A stretch of DNA of 64,000 bases, from assembly GCA_012295275.1 (NCBI GenBank), contig CM022673.1, positions 17,980,001 through 18,044,000 of the forward strand. The letters are read 5' to 3'. The notes beneath the pieces are model-generated. The model did not search any database. It had not been told where the DNA came from and saw only the letters and a program-made list of their open reading frames with translations. How positions within the stretch are numbered: the first letter of the stretch is position 1; each line of letters starts with the position of its first letter. Made by a program: the position numbers and the translations under genes. Source of the DNA: Chrysomallon squamiferum (taxonomy: Eukaryota; Animalia; Mollusca). Positions 1 to 16,231 of the stretch are shown here, piece by piece.

Positions 1-141
1 CAATTTCAAAAGCCATTTCCTTCATGCATTCATTGTAAAAATATTTTAAAACTCCAGTCAAAGAGCAATGAAAGATAACCAAGCAGAACCAAGTCAAATC
101 ACATTTTTAAGTTAATCTCACAAATATAGATGTAGTATCAA

Positions 142-830
142 CACAGAAAATTATTCTAGCCTCAATACTTACACAGAAAATTACTCTTGACTTATCTCAA
201 ACACAGAAAATTACTCTTGCTGTTTCAGACCCAGAAAATTACTCTTGCTGCAGTTCAGAATTCTGAATTCTTTGCTAATCAAACTAATTTAATTCTTAAC
301 ATTATCAAACTCAGTTGAATATGATCCAGTATAAATTCAGAAAATTACTCTTGCTGCAGTTCAGAATTCTGAATTCTTCTACTAATCAAACTAATTTAAT
401 TCTTAACATTATCAAACTCAGTTGAATATGATCCAGTATAAATTCAGAAAATTATTCTTGCTGCAGTTCAAACACTGAAAATAACATTTACCAATTTTTC
501 TACTGATTAAACTCTGATTTAATCTCATCTGACTTGTATGTGATCTTTCATAAACACAGAAAATTATTCTATGAATACTTGAAACCTAGGAGTCTGTCTC
601 ATTTCTAAAGTGACCTCTATTGATTACAAACTGATTTCTGTTTTAAAACTCAACAGTTTGTGATCTGTCATAAAAACAGAAAATTACTCACAGTTCAAAC
701 GCTGCAAAGTATCTTTTCATTCTTATTTCTTCTATTGATAAACCTTAGACTGGTTTATAAGTCTCAAATACATGTGATGGTTTATAAATATAGAAAATTA
801 GGCTTTCCACAGTTCAAAGTGGATGTACAT
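142..830. repeat. Degenerate ~107-bp tandem repeat
   Basis: Near-identical units begin at 232, 338 and 445 (CAGAAAATTA(C/T)TCTTGCTGCAGTTCA...). The core ACAGAAAATTA(C/T)TC also recurs at about 143, 173, 202, 556 and 677. Confidence 0.75.
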
Positions 831-3800
831 TCAGGTTTTAAACTTTGGACATCTTCACTTTGAAGAAAATGACACCAAATACGATTTTGTAATTATCTAG
901 AAAATCTAATTTGTCAGAACAGAATTCATTTGCTGAGAGACTATTTCCTTTCACCCAAAACATGTTTTCACTGTGTGGAGAATATGACACGTACAAAATG
1001 ATGAAGTTACAAAAAAAGTGAAAAAAGATGTCTGCTATTTTAATGAATATGAGATTTAGTTTGTAAGATCATTACTTCTACACAGAAAGTTCATTTGCTA
1101 CATACTCAGTTTTCCCTCTTGGGAATCAAGTTTTCTTCTTGGATTTCTTATTTTTGATGGGAATTCTTTTTGTACTAGAATGCTATTACAGCAATGAAAA
1201 CTCATATGTACAGCAAGCCATATATATATATATATATATTCATAGTGTTTGTTAAAACTATTAATATGTATATGTGAAGATAGGCAGGTGTATATGTGTG
1301 TGTATAGGATGAATGTCTATCTGTCTGACTGTTTTTTGTATATAGGATTCATATATGTATGTAAGTTATTTGTGTTTGTGTGCTTCACGTAATTAATAAT
1401 GATTATAATAATGATAATGACATTAATGACTATGATAAAAATATACAGGAATGATAATAACACCAAATTTAAACATTTTAAATATTTTTCTACTTACATC
1501 AATTTTTCAAATTTCACTTACCTCCATTTTGAAAATTTTAAAGTTCACTATCAGATCAAGAAAATGTCAAACTTTTCTTTTACTCATTTAGGACATTTTT
1601 TTTTTATGCACAGTCTCAAAAAACCTGGTAGTGTATTTGAAGTGCTGTGAAATGTTTTATTAGGACTGTATACCTGAGTGACCACTGAAAAAAGCCAGCA
1701 GACTATTTTAATGTGAAACGAACCAAAGTATGAACTTTAATAAAGTTTTCTATTGTGAAAGATCACCCATGTGTAATGTCACAGAATGGACATGTCAAAT
1801 TTACTGTTTATGACTCTTCATCAATTTCTGTATTTAGAAATATGCTAATAATAAAAAAAAAAGAATAATAGTTATGACACAGCCAAACGTTACAGATCTA
1901 TGAATGAATTATATGTTTCAATATTGTCAGTAAAGTACAAGTAAATATTACATTTCTTTTTTTGACTAAAAAAATTACAAATAAAAATATAAATTATATT
2001 AATAGATGTTTAGTCTGAGGTGTATTTACTTAAGTAACAAAAATTGTCCTTTTTTTTTGTTATAAATAAATAAATAATTTGAATTTTGTTTCTTGTTTAT
2101 ATGTATATATATGTAATATACTGAATATAAAAATAAATAACAAAAAAATAAATAACTATATAAATAATGAAAATCCAATATTATGTTCAAAATTAAAAGA
2201 TAAAAGTATAAAATAATAATAAATGAGATATTTAAATAAATTTAAAAAAAAAAGAAAACACAACCACTCCCTCAGGCATACCCCTAGAAAAAACAACAAA
2301 ATCCCAAACACAACAAAAAACAATAAAGAACAAATAATGTAAAATTAAACAAATATTCAAAAATACAAATAAAAAAAGTAAAATATTACCTGAAAGTGTA
2401 AATTATATTACTAATACAACAAAGTGTTATTTTCTCAGACTTTATCAGTCTATGAAGCTGTCACATTCAGTTTTACTTGTTTCCTTTGATCAGTGCTTTC
2501 TCTCTCTCTCTCTGTTTTGCCGATAAATCAATGGTCACAGAATGAAAAAGAAAACAATATGGCATGCTGGAAACACAGAGCATTCAACTCAGGGGAAATG
2601 TCTTCAATTTTCATTTTACTGTAAAAGAAATCTTTCTGCTCTTTTTTCACAATATCAGTTTCCTGTTGTCGAACAGTAGTAATCAGAAAAATAATCTGTC
2701 AGTACATTTGTTGTTCTGATTATCAAGTCACATTCAATATGACCTCTGAGGATAACTGTAATGTGATGAAAAATTCTCTTCAATTTTTGTTTTTCTAAAG
2801 GATTTTTTAAAGAATCAATTACAGTAAATGTTTTGCAGAAAATTAAAATTGAAGATTTTATGGGTTTTTTATTGAAAGTAACTTGAAGCATTTCAAATAT
2901 GTCTGGAATTTGATAAGATGTATTCCACAATTATAAAAATGAAAAAAAAACAAAAAAAACCCCAACAAATTTATATATTTTTAAAAAAGATTTGATTTAT
3001 TTACTGAACTCATAAAAGAGAGGATATTTACATTTAGAAAAAAGCTATTTAAATCAATTAAAAATAAATTTAACTTTAATAACAAAAATAAAACACAGTA
3101 ATTTACATTAACAAGAACAATAAAAAACTATAATTTACTTAAGAAACAAAATTAAAAACAATACTTTACCTTAACAGAAAAAAATGAAAAAAATGAAAAA
3201 ATAAATAACCAGAATAATAACAGAACATAACAACAAAAACCCCCAAACTACAACAATAATTTACTTTAACAAGTAAAAAAAAAAACCCCCAAAACCAAAA
3301 CAAGGAAATCCTGAAAAACAATAATTTACTATAAAAAAAAAAACATAAAGTAAATAAAAATAATGAATAATAATGAAACCCCCCCAAAAAACCCAAACAG
3401 AAAGCAAAACCCAAACAAACAATAAAATAAAAACTTCTAAGTGTATAAAGGTATTTAGGTTGTTAACATCACACTGACAGCTTATCAAAACGTGAACTGA
3501 ATAATCACTGATAATTACACAAAATTGTTTGAGACAATTTATCAGCAACATAAAAGTACACTTAAACAAAAAACAAAACTAAACTGTATTGTGACACCCA
3601 AGCTCTGCTATTTTAGTCTCGGAGCAGACTGCTTTCACTCTGGACCAATCATTTCAACTGTGCTACATCATGTGACAATTAGACTGGTTTTTCACTTTGA
3701 TCAGTTAAAGATTTCCAGTCATGCCATGATGCTACTGACCCCAGTCACCAACCATTACGTCCAATTTGAAAAGCTTAGGTGTATTTTACTGGGATCAGAA

Positions 3801-6305
3801 CGTAGTTAAATGATTTCCTGTGGCTTGATCCGAAAACTATGTTTTCCTCTCTTAGATTGAAGTTTATGGCATTCAGATAGAAATTATCTTAAAATAGAAA
3901 CAAGGGTATGTGGAACTTTAATTATTTCACAAATTTAGAAACAATTTGTTAACTCAAAAAAAAAAAAAAAAGAAGAAAAAAAAGAATTATATAAATTATG
4001 TTAGAATTGATATTAAATATAAGAGATTTATAAATATGTGTTATATATGTATGTATGTAATCTGCTGTTATTTCTGCAGCGTCATCCCACCCACTCAGTC
4101 TGTGAGGAAACACGAGTTACTGCTGTTGACTATTACAACCCAGTTTCACACAGATTAGTGTGTGCAGAAACACTTTTCTTAACACAAACACTGACCCACT
4201 GGTTAAGTAAATAATCAGTCTCACAGACTGACAGTCACTGGGATCAGTCCCTGCATCATCTTTGGCTGGTTTAAAAATCAAAACAACCTCTCTTCACTTT
4301 AATTAACCTACTAACCTCCTAACACTAACACTGACTTCTGTAGACAGTTTTGATGGCTTAACACAATGATTTAAATACATCTGGCCTTATAACAACTTAG
4401 ATAAGTACTGTAAAGATTGCCAAAGCTCATTTGATTACTTCAGGTTCCAAACTGTGCTCCACATTGTAGAAAAAAACATGTTGACACTAAAAATGCACTT
4501 TAATTTAAAATAGCAAGAAGAGATATTTTATAAGCAGTATTCTTTTAGACACGAAAGTTAATACCACAGTTTTTAAATGTGACACTGGCTAGATTGGGAA
4601 ATATCCCACTGGAGAAGTGATCCTGTGATCTGTAGTATGTGAGTGATGTGTGGTAACCACAAAGCATGAGACCACCTCACCAGGTGTGTTAATGACTGTG
4701 ATAAAAAAACTATTAGTCCAAAATACAACACCAACAAAAGCATTGTTGAATCTTATTACAATGATGAACATCAGTTGTTTCCAGTGACAAATAAAGATGA
4801 GACAAATAAAGTTTGACAATACATCACCACACAAACACACAGAGCTACAGACATAACAGTAACAACCATTCAACCTTGAGCAATAAAAACGTAAATAAAC
4901 AACAGATTTGTTAGAATAAAAAGCACAAAAGTGGCATACCTAGAAAAACTCTCTCACAAATCACTCTATCAACACAGATAACAAAATACATGTAGCTGAT
5001 ACCACATCAGTTACAAATATGCCAGCCAATTTTTTATAGCCGTTAGATGTTACCAAAGTCATTACAGACTGAGTAGACCTATGAAACAACAAAAAACTGC
5101 ACAGATACAAATCTGCACATTAGCTGATTAGCTGTGTTAGGTCTACAGACATTTTTATTGTTATTATTAAACATTTTGTGAAAATAATTTTAACGAGTCT
5201 TCTTGACTCAGCCTTTACACAGCATTTACACAGATCAATAACTTAATAGATTTTATTATTAAATTCTGTCTGACAGTTTGTCTGAGTTAAAAGCTTTGTA
5301 GCAGCCAAAAATCATTAGAGTGAAACAAGACTGCAGAGTTTGATGTTACTCAAATTACTTTCTCTTTTTCACATCTCTTCTTTCAAGTTGTCAACAAGTG
5401 ATTCTTTTTTTGCTATTGTTATTTGATTTGACACAGAGAGGAAAATACAGTGTGACATTTTATTAACATATCAGCAATTCAGAGCATTTTAGATTCAGTA
5501 AGAATCATGATTTCAGTGTCTTCATTTTGTATCATTGTTTTTAAAACACTAATTTTTAAATTATTTTTATTATTATTATCATTATTATCATTATTATTAT
5601 TACTATTATTATTTTTATTATTATCATCATCAACATCATCATCATTATTATTGATATTATTATTATTATTGTTGTTGTTGTTGTTGTTTCTTTTGTTATA
5701 AAATAAGTAGAAGAAAGGAAAAGAAGAGAAAAATATGAACATGAGAGAAAAGAAAACAGTAATAAAACTCCACTGGGAATGGTGCATGATGGGATATTTC
5801 CTGTAATGAGTGATGTGACATGATTAGTATAGTTTTTAATGCTCAATGTCTGGAATAAAAAATGAAGAAATGGTTTCTATGACAACATGCACTATTGCTC
5901 TGCCTCTTAGACCATGTTGTGTCTGAACAAACACTGAGGTGTGTGTCTGTAAGAAAAATCAGTTTGGAAACTGTAAAAACTATTAAGATGAAAAAAATAT
6001 ATATGTTTGCTTGTTTCCAAACTAAAACAGCAAAACAACACTGTTATCTGCAGAATGTTAGTGGTGACATTCACAGAAATAAAAACAAAATTTACAAGAT
6101 GATGTTTTTATACTTGTGTAGATTTCAGTGTTATATATGTGTACATGTCTCTATGTACATGTGTTTATTGTTTTTATTTGAATATTTCTTTATCTATCTT
6201 TCTGTCTGTCTATCCATGTCTATTTATCTATATTTGTCTATCTTTATCAATATCTCTTTGTATTTCCTCTATCTACCTACATATATGTCTATCTGTATAT
6301 TTACC

Positions 6306-6351
<46 letters not shown>

Positions 6352-7582
6352 CTGTTTTAGAATTTTCAGTATAATACATTTCAGAAATGATACTATAGAC
6401 TGAATAGTAATAAAGCAGTAAGTGAAACAAGGCATGATGGGATATGCGTGCCAAACATCAGTGTTGCAGGAACAAATAACTGCAAGATGTCACGTAGTTG
6501 TCGTAGTTGTAATTGTACACCCTGAAGTAAATTGCTGCACAAAGCCGGAGTTAACAAACTAATGGTGATCAACTCACAAGTAAACACAGAATCATTTGTC
6601 AGTGTGGCCTTGGAAGTCATCATTCATTTTCATTAACAGAGAAACATTTCCAACATCTACTAACTGCTGTGTACTCTCGACAATGACAAACAAATTTAGT
6701 TAAAAAACAAATAATGTCGACAATGGCAACCAGAAGCAAGATGTGAGAGTGATTTCAGTTGTTTAGAAATGTATTTATGTGTTTTAATACAGCACAGATA
6801 CAGAAATGTTACCCCAAGGTATGGGTCAGAGTGTAGATAAGTCATATATCATGATGTGTCCCTCTATCAAATGTTTTAGATATGTCAATTTGGTTGTTTC
6901 CCATTCCAATCAGAGCTCCATAAAAATATATCATGGTACATACATTTCTATAGAAGATGAAGGAAAAGGCTGTCCTGCTGTTAATTTGTTAAGTCTGACA
7001 CATCCAGATTTCTTTTCTCAATTCGTAACAATACAAAAATCATATCTGAAAATTAACCTTTTCTGATATTATTTTGAACAAAATAATCACTCATTTATTC
7101 ATGTCTGTCATTCAGCACATGGAATGTTATTTGACTGAGTTAATTTCAATTTTTTAAATTATATTTTTCTACATTCATAAGAACCTTAACGAAAAAAAAA
7201 ACACAAGAGCAACATGATGTATTATTGAATTTTACCATCAATCATTATATTTGCCAGCAATATATTATTTAGTAAGATACACCCATAAAGCAAAACAAGT
7301 GTGAAATATTATTCTCTTGTGAACTTTTTCATGAATTCACACTTCCTGACATTATTATATAATGCAATCAAGATGAAATCAACCTCTGGTTGAGAGACAC
7401 AGGACCCAGTGTAATTCAATTTACAGTAAATGGACTAACGTTAATTTGGTGACAGATTTCATTTTGTCATTTACTTCAGGCAAATTCTCACTCTGTTTAA
7501 ATACAAAATGTAAAGTCAAGCTCCAAGATGAATAAAAAGATATAATAAAACCCATTATTATTGGATATTAAACCCTGTCAGA

Positions 7583-8590
7583 CATATTCCACCTGATATG
7601 GATTTATATCTCTGATATATCTTCATATCCCACCTCACATATCTTCTTATCCCAGCCAACATATCTTCATATCCCACCTCACATATCTTCTTATCTCACT
7701 CAACATATCTTCATATCCCACCTAACATATCTTCATATCCCACCTGACATATCTTCTTATCCCACCTGACATATCTTCTTATCCCAACTGACATATCTTC
7801 ATATCCCACCTAACATATCTTCATATCACACCTGACATATCTTCTTATCCCAACTGACATATCTTCTTATCCCACCTGAAATATTTTCATATCCCACCTG
7901 ACATATCTTCTTATCCCAACTGACATATCTTCTTATCCCAACTGACATATCTTCATATCCCACCTGACATATCTTCTTATCCCACCTGACATATCTTCTT
8001 ATCCCACCTGACATATCTTCATATCACACCTGACATATCTTCATATCCCACCTGACATATCTTCTTATCCCAACTGACATATCTTCATATGCCACCTGAC
8101 ATATCTTCATATCCCACTTAACATATCTTCATATTGCACCAACATATCTTCATATCCCACCTGACATATCTTCATATCCCACCTGACATCTTTTTATCCC
8201 TTATGACATATCTTCATATCCCACCTGATATATCTGCATATCCTGCCTAACATATCTTTATACTCAACCTTACTATCTCTAGAACATCTAACCAATACCC
8301 CACTAGACGTATCTTACTACCCAACTAGCACATCTCCATACCCCTCCTAATGTATCTTCATATTCTACATGACAAATCTTCATAACCTACCATGCATATC
8401 TTGATACCCCATCTGATATATCTTCCTACTCTATCTGTCTTCATTCCCCACCCAACATATCTTCATAACCTGCCTAGCATGTCTTGAAAACTCATCTGAC
8501 ATATTTTGATAACCACCTGAAATATCTTCATACCCTATCTGAACTATTTTCAAATCCCTCCTGACATATCTTCAGACCCCACCCAACACA
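7583..8590. repeat. 22-bp minisatellite (ACATATCTTC(A/T)TATCCCACCTG), roughly 45 copies
   Basis: Seen directly. The array is homogeneous at about 7720-8230 and decays toward 8590. Confidence 0.95.
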
Positions 8591-9640
8591 TCTCCAGCAC
8601 CCTCTGAAGATTTCTCCTCTCCTCCCCCTGTCTTCTGTGGCTTTCCTCCAAGCCGTGTTGTCTCAGATTGATAGTTATTGATTGAGTCTGCAGAACAGCT
8701 GAAGAGAATATCAGTGTAATGAAAATCTGTTAGAGTCTCAATGTTATTGATTTTATTTAATTCTTCCAGTGTGAGCTCAAACTAACACAAGAGCAGTGAT
8801 CTCTGATCCACAAGAAACATCTGTTCAATACAAACTTAGTGTCAGTAAATATTTATTTAATAAATCCTGAGCACATTGATAACTGTTGGGTGTCAGAACA
8901 TGACAAGAAAAAATAAAAATCAAAAATCAAAAACATTTTTTTTTTTTTTTTAAACCAGCCAGGATGAAAGAATATATCAATTATTTTAGTGTTATAACAT
9001 GAAATAATTAATTAATTTTATTATTTTTTTAATGGTAATTAAGAATTGTTCAATAAAAATCGTTATTCAGTGACAACTGTTAAATGAACAGAACTGTGAG
9101 GGATAGATCTTGCAAGATGTCACACCTCAGGAATAACTTTTACCATGAAATACAACAACTTTATCTGTCTGTCTGTCTGTCTCTCTATCTGTCTATCCAT
9201 CTCTTGGTCCAACTATACCTTAGTCTTTTTTCTTCATTTTATTAACATAAGTACTATTTTATTCTGCCTAACACATTAGCTGCCAAAAAACATAATTCTG
9301 TTGCATTCAATTTAATAAGGTGTGAGGTCATTATTAAATGCATAAGTTACACGAAACAGTCTCACCACTGTTATAAATTACAAAAAGAACAGATCAAAAA
9401 TCAAATTAATTTCAAACAACATGCAATCTGTGAAATCTGCAAAAGAAATTCAACTAAAATGTTACATTTAACTCATTTTCTAATCAAACTTTGATTTTCA
9501 TGAGATGTCAGGAAGTAAGAAATTACTTACTTTTTTCTTCCTCATGTTGTTATCTTAACACAGACTGTCACAGCTGAAACAGTTTTACACAGAGTGTGTG
9601 TCACAGGATAGCAGTTAGTGTGACAAATTTACAGTTGAAT

Positions 9641-9772
9641 GTGACACATTTATACAGTTCCTGTCACACGTTTACACAGTTCCTGTCACACGTTTACACG
9701 GTTCCTGTTACACATTTACACAGTTCCTGTCACACGTTTATACAGTTCCTGTCACACGTTTATACAGTTCCT
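9641..9772. repeat. 22-bp minisatellite (TACAGTTCCTGTCACACGTTTA), about 6 copies
   Basis: Tandem units seen directly. Confidence 0.9.
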
Positions 9773-10058
9773 GAAGCCCAGAATGACACAAATGGATAAA
9801 CGCAGTTTCTGAAAGGCGAGCTGCAGTCACTAGAACAGTTCAGTGTAAGATGGAAGTTTGAAGTTTCTCACACAATGATCACAGTGAATAGAGGTAATGA
9901 AAAATGAGATTCTCTCCTACTTCAATTAAATGGGGATCAATACAAAGCTGTGTTTATCAACTCTCACATCCAGAAGTCAAGTAGTCTTACAGGTCATCAC
10001 AGACTGTCACCTACTTCTCTATCCCTGTCTTTTTCTACTTCTTTCTATCTTTGACTCA

Positions 10059-10091
<33 letters not shown>

Positions 10092-10092
10092 T

Positions 10093-10146
10093 TCTTCAAT
10101 AAGTTGATAATAACACAAAAGTTCATTGACAGCAGTTTGAAAGAAG
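10093..10146 (+). repeat. Short dispersed repeat attached to a (CT)n tract; second copy at 23171-23224 on the minus strand
   Basis: TCTTCAATAAGTTGATAATAACA..AGTTCATTGA.AGCAG.TTGAA.GAAG follows a (CT)n tract at both loci, in opposite orientation. Confidence 0.75.
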
Positions 10147-11295
10147 ATAAAAAAATGGTTGCCATTAAGAAGATTATTTCTACTTTTAACAGTGATATTT
10201 TTTAACGGAATTTTATTAAATGATTAAACCAAAAAATAATAATAATAAGAGAATGAAACACATAACACACTGAAATAAAAAAACAGTAATAAGTAAAGAA
10301 ATTTAAATTAAAATATATAAATAATTAAAATAAAACAGTATAAAAGAGAACCAGCAATTAAATTATAGTAAACAAAAAACCCAGCTACATAATTATAACA
10401 AAAACAAACAAACAAATAAGTAAATCAATTAAAAATATACTGATATCAACCAAAAAAATAAGAAATAAAAAATATAAAGTCTTCAATAATGATTATTATT
10501 TGCCCAGATATATCATGTAGAAAATTCTGTCCTCAAAGACGTAATTATCTGCTACATTAACCAGTGATATTCATTAAAACCTCAGCCATTTTCTAACTGC
10601 TGGAGCTAACAAGAAATCCATTCTGTTAAAAAAAATCTACATCATCTGAGTTTCATTAAGTCAGTTGGATGAATGTGTGATTCATAAAGTAATGTGTTTT
10701 TATTTGATGACTCGAAATCTTCTTCATGTTGCTGCATCTTCAAGTGTACATTTCAAAGAAAGATAAAAAAAAAATAAAAATCTTAAAATTCTACAGGAAA
10801 TGATTAGTGAAAAACTACTTCTTTCTTTAAATAGACCCACAGGTTAATGAATGGACATTTTGATAGAACATTTTTAATAAAACGTTTTTTTTTTTGTTTT
10901 TTTTATTTATGGTGTTTTAAGAAAAATGGACAACAATGTTTGAAAAGAAAAATGTTTATCCAAGATCCTCAAACAAAAACATGCCTAAAAAGACAACACA
11001 CTGACAGAATTATAGTTCAGTGAAATAAAATGTTGTGAAAAGAGAAAAGTTGAATAATAAAAAAGCTGAATAAAATACTTACACAGGCATATGTTGGACT
11101 TACAGTATACATTGATACATTTCCTTTTTTATCTATTCACACACACACACACACTATACACACACACATACACACTATACACACACACATACACCCATGC
11201 ATAAATACACATTCACATTTGCATGTGCATTTACATGTATACACACATATATGTACATAAACTGTGACACTCATACATACATACACCTACATATT

Positions 11296-11331
<36 letters not shown>

Positions 11332-13319
11332 AATATATACATACATTCATTCACTCATACATATAAAATAAAAATAAAGTTAAAAAAATCCACAAAAAAC
11401 ACATAAAAACAGAAAATAATCAACTTTTCTAATCACTACAGTTAAAATTACTGTAAATGAAGAAACATTAACATCTTGTAAAAACGGGTTTTCACAATGG
11501 TTAAAAAAAACTACATTAACCTTATTTCTTCATCATTTGTTGTTTTTCTAAATTCTTGAAATCCAATTTGTAAGAAGAATGTGTGCTGAATGTAAATGAT
11601 TTTTACTTTACAAAGTCAAATTTGTCTTACATCTGTGCCAAATAAACTTTAATATGCATGGTAAATCTCACACCAAAAAATATTTGTATTTTATTCTGTA
11701 GTTTTTTGACAGATTTAGATGCTTTGCTATTAAAAGAATTTACATCAAAGATTTAAAATAATTAAAATTTGATTATTGTGTGAATACTTTATTATTACTT
11801 GCACTAAAATTATTTCTCAGTGAAAAAACAACAACATATTTATTTTTAATCACTAAATAAATAATTAATCTAATAAAATAAAATAAAATAAAACAAGTAA
11901 ATAAAATAAATAAATGAATAAAATAAAATAAAAACAATATTAAAATTGTATAAAACTAACACATTTTGTATTTGACATTTAATAAAACTTCTGAACTTTC
12001 TCATGTTTAAAGAAAAACTCTAATTTATAAAATTTACTCTGACTTTCAGTTATACAGAGATCAAACTGTAGAAACTTACAGACAATGAGCCAAGAAAATG
12101 CCATAGATTTAAATTTCAAGAAAAAAAAAATATATATATTAATTAATTAATTAATAAATATTGTAATAAAATAATAAAATAAAGTAAAATAAAGTAAAAT
12201 AAACCCTACAAGCAAATACTGTTTGAAAAAAAACAAAAAACAAACTTAGATATAAAATTATTTTTTGAAAAGTTTCAGTTTAACAAAGACTAAAAATATT
12301 TATTATATAACAGATTTATAGGTTTTACAGATACATAAAAGAAAAAAAAAATATGTAAAATAAAATAAACAGTATTAAAAAACTCGCCAACCAATATATA
12401 ATTTAAAAATAAAATTGCACACAAAGTTGAAAATGATTTTTAAACAGATATACACTTTAAAACTGTCAGATATCAAATTAAAAAAAAAAACATCTACCAA
12501 ACATAAAGTGTTTACAAAACCCAATTAAATATAAAGTTAAAAATAAATGTCAAATTTTTTTTTTTCAAAAATATTCAGATATAAAATTAAAAAAAGATAT
12601 AAATTTTTTTTTGAATGGATATAAAGAAAAAAACTTAAAAAAAAAAAAATATATATATATATATATATAAAAAAAAATTACCTATAAAGTTACACCAAAA
12701 CATAAGATATAAAACAAAAATCCAACTAAAATACAACTAAACATCAATAATAAAGTTTTTAAAAATGTTCAAATTTAAAATTAAAAACACCACCCACTAA
12801 ATGTCCTATGTCTTTAAAAAAAAAAAAAATAAATGGAAAAATAATTGAAAAAAAAAAATAAAATAAAAAAAAAGGAAAATAAACTTTAAAATTTTAAAAA
12901 GAAAACATCAAAGCAGAAATAAAAAAAAAAAAAAAATCTAAAATTACCCTGTCAGATATGAAGTTAAAATGACAGATATGTAGTTGTGTGATGAGAGTAA
13001 CATAATCAGCTGACACATCTGTTTTAAGCAGAGATTGCGTATCCCACTGACAACAAACACTTTTTTATTCACCATGTACAGAACGTGTTGTGTGAGTGAA
13101 CCAATAAAAACAGCCCCACATGCACTCTGGGTAAAGTGCAGTGTGCTGTATCTGCACACACTAAAATAATCTCAACTTACAAACGTGTTGGTGTGACGAT
13201 TATTTGTTTCTCAGTGTCTGGGAGAGGTTAAGTGAACATAAAATGTCTGTAAGTTAAAAATTAATAAAGAAGATTTGTACTTGAAGATAATCTGCTGCAC
13301 TGATGTAAGATAAAATAGT

Positions 13320-13570
13320 CGAAAGATTGTAATAAAATAATTTATATATTTATAACAGATTACCAATAAATTTATGAAGATAGTTTGATACTCTCATATA
13401 AAATAAAACAGTGTAGAAGATTGTAATAAAATATTTTTCAAATTTAAACAGATTAATAATAAAATCGTAAAGATAATTTAGTACCCTTTATAAAATAAGA
13501 CAGTGGAAGATTGTAATAAAATATTTTATAGTTTAAACAGATTTGTGATATATTCATGAAGATAATTTTA
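13320..13570. repeat. Degenerate ~92-bp tandem repeat, about 3 copies
   Basis: AGATTGTAATAAAATA...AACAGATT...AAGATA recurs at about 13324, 13418 and 13508. Confidence 0.65.
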
Positions 13571-15709
13571 TGTGACTGTTGCTGATTAAAAATGATTACA
13601 AAAAAAAAAAAAAAAATTAAAAGTTAAATAAAATTTAATAAAATAAAAAATAAAATGAAAAATAACTTTTACATTGTTACTGACAAATAGAACTTGCAAG
13701 ATTATAATAAAATATCAATAAAAATTTAGAATAATAAAAGTATATTCATGAAATCAGATTGAAAGCCTGTGGGCAAATGAAACTAAAAAAAATAAAGAAT
13801 AAAAAGAGAAAAGATTGAAATGAAATAATAGTAATACTAAAAAAATAAAAATAAAAATTAATTAGGAGATATGATATTTAATTTGTCACTTGATATATAT
13901 ATTTTTTACAAGATGGTAATAAAAACTGTTGAAGCAAGATATGTATGACTATAAATAAATTCAGAGTTTAAACAAGAGATAAACAAAATGTTTTTATTAC
14001 CTGTATACCACACCTGGTGCACCATTCTATATTTTAAATCCTTCTCTCTATCGTCTTCTTCCTTTATTTTTCTTTCTCTTTCTTCTTCATTCTTTACCTT
14101 TCCTGTTTTTACTTTCTTTTTCAACCAGCATCCTTCTCATACCTCTTTCTTTCTGTCTCTCACTTTTTCTCTCATTCACTTTCTCTCATTCATAAATGTT
14201 TTCTTCCTTTTACTGATTCATTCTGACATTTATTAATCTACTTTCTTCTCTCAATCTTTTTTCTTTCTCCATCCCCTCCAATATAATCTGTACCCCCACC
14301 TCTTAAAATCAAAAGATAGGTTGAAGTTATTTTGAGTTTAAAAGTTTAAACTTATCAAATTCATGATAACAAGAGTATTTCTGTTTTTCACGATGATGCA
14401 GTTCATTGAAAAATAAAAATATAAAATGTTCTGTCCTTATCTCTGCGTAAGTCCCAGCCTGACCATGTCTGTTTACACAATACAGCCTTCATTATTTTGT
14501 GTCTTCATTTGTATTTAAATAAAAAAAACTTATTAAAAAGTGTCTCAAGCACTCACTAATATACACACATTCATAGACATATACCTACAAACACATACAT
14601 ACACAACAACATACATACACACATACATATATAATTAAATACATTCATACATACAAACATATTCTGATATATACATTCACTCTCTCAGATGCACAAACAC
14701 ACACTTGAATATGCAGCATTCGTTTACATTTTTCTGCTGTTTATCTATTTTATGCTGTTCCATCCAACATATCATACTAGAAGAGTCAAAGATGTATTTG
14801 CATAAATGAAGATGAATACAGATTTATTTCAGCCGAATAATAATATTGATAGAAGCATTTTTTAGTGGGTTTTTAATAACAGAGATGACTGTGCATAGTG
14901 CAGTGACTCATAAATCACATAATCATACATCATACACACAATGTGTCAACATTGATCTGTCAACCTCCTGCAGCAACTACCACAGACACATCATCTACAG
15001 TCAGTCTGTCCCACAACATCAACATCACTCCTGTTTTTCAATTAATATACTGTGCCTATTACAACTACTACAATGACATCATTATAACACTGTATTTAAT
15101 ATTCTGTGACATCTACAACAACAAGAACAATGACATCCTTCTAACATTATTTAATATAAAGTGACTACTACAACTACAGTCATGTTGACATCATTCTAAC
15201 AGTATTTATGGTGTTGACACTGTATTGTGGTCGACTGTTGTTGATACAACAATGACATCGCAGATAATCTATTTAATTTCTTAAACAAATGGAATTCTAC
15301 AAGCGTAAGCCTCTGTAATGCTGTTTGTTTCCCAAAGGTCACAAGTTCAAGACCCTTAACAACCAACAAATTAGATTATACACTGATATCTGTATTATAT
15401 GCATTCCTTTTCTAATAGTAAAACTGATTTTCTATCAGCACCATCAATATCATCATTATTATTGTTATTGTTGTTATCATCATCATTATTATGATCAGTT
15501 TCATTATTATCACAGCTAATACATTGTATTTCTGTCTGTCTACTGCATCTTGGTCTGTCTCATCTAATCATTTTTGTTTCTTTCATGAATCTTTTTTTCT
15601 TTCCACTGGTTCAGTTTCTTCATGTCTTCATGTCTGTCTGTCTGTCTGTGTTTATCTTCTTCCCTCAGTTTAGTTTTCATCATTTTTACTCTCCTATATC
15701 CCTTTAATA

Positions 15710-15713
<4 letters not shown>

Positions 15714-15784
<71 letters not shown>
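15714..15784. repeat. (CT)n microsatellite, one of many (others at about 16169-16228, 21561-21621, 22265-22337, 57300-57366, 60781-60843)
   Basis: Seen directly. Confidence 0.95.
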
Positions 15785-15787
<3 letters not shown>

Positions 15788-16165
15788 GTGTAAGTAATGG
15801 TTATAGTAACTGTTTTTACTATGCAACACTAATATTTACATTTTTGATATCAAACTTCACAACATTTTCTGACACGTTATTAAATAATAAATAAAAACAT
15901 CTGTTTTCTATCAAAATGGAATACCATGATTTGAAGAAGAACGCAAAAAAGGAGAGATATTTTTAACTGATGTTAATAAACTACATTACACTTAATACTT
16001 TACTGGCTCTCTCAAGAGCAAACTTAACCAATCAGTCAAAATAAAAAATAGAAGATAAAATATGCTTTATTATTTATTTATTTTTCAAAACTTTATTTCT
16101 TTTTTCTTATCTTTTTTCTTTTCTTTTTTTTACCCCAAAATACTTTTCCTTTCTCAGTTTTTATT

Positions 16166-16231
<66 letters not shown>

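Noticed and set aside
4070-4690. Possible degenerate SINE or tRNA-derived elements
   Set aside because: The A and B boxes are not convincing and there is no second copy in the window.
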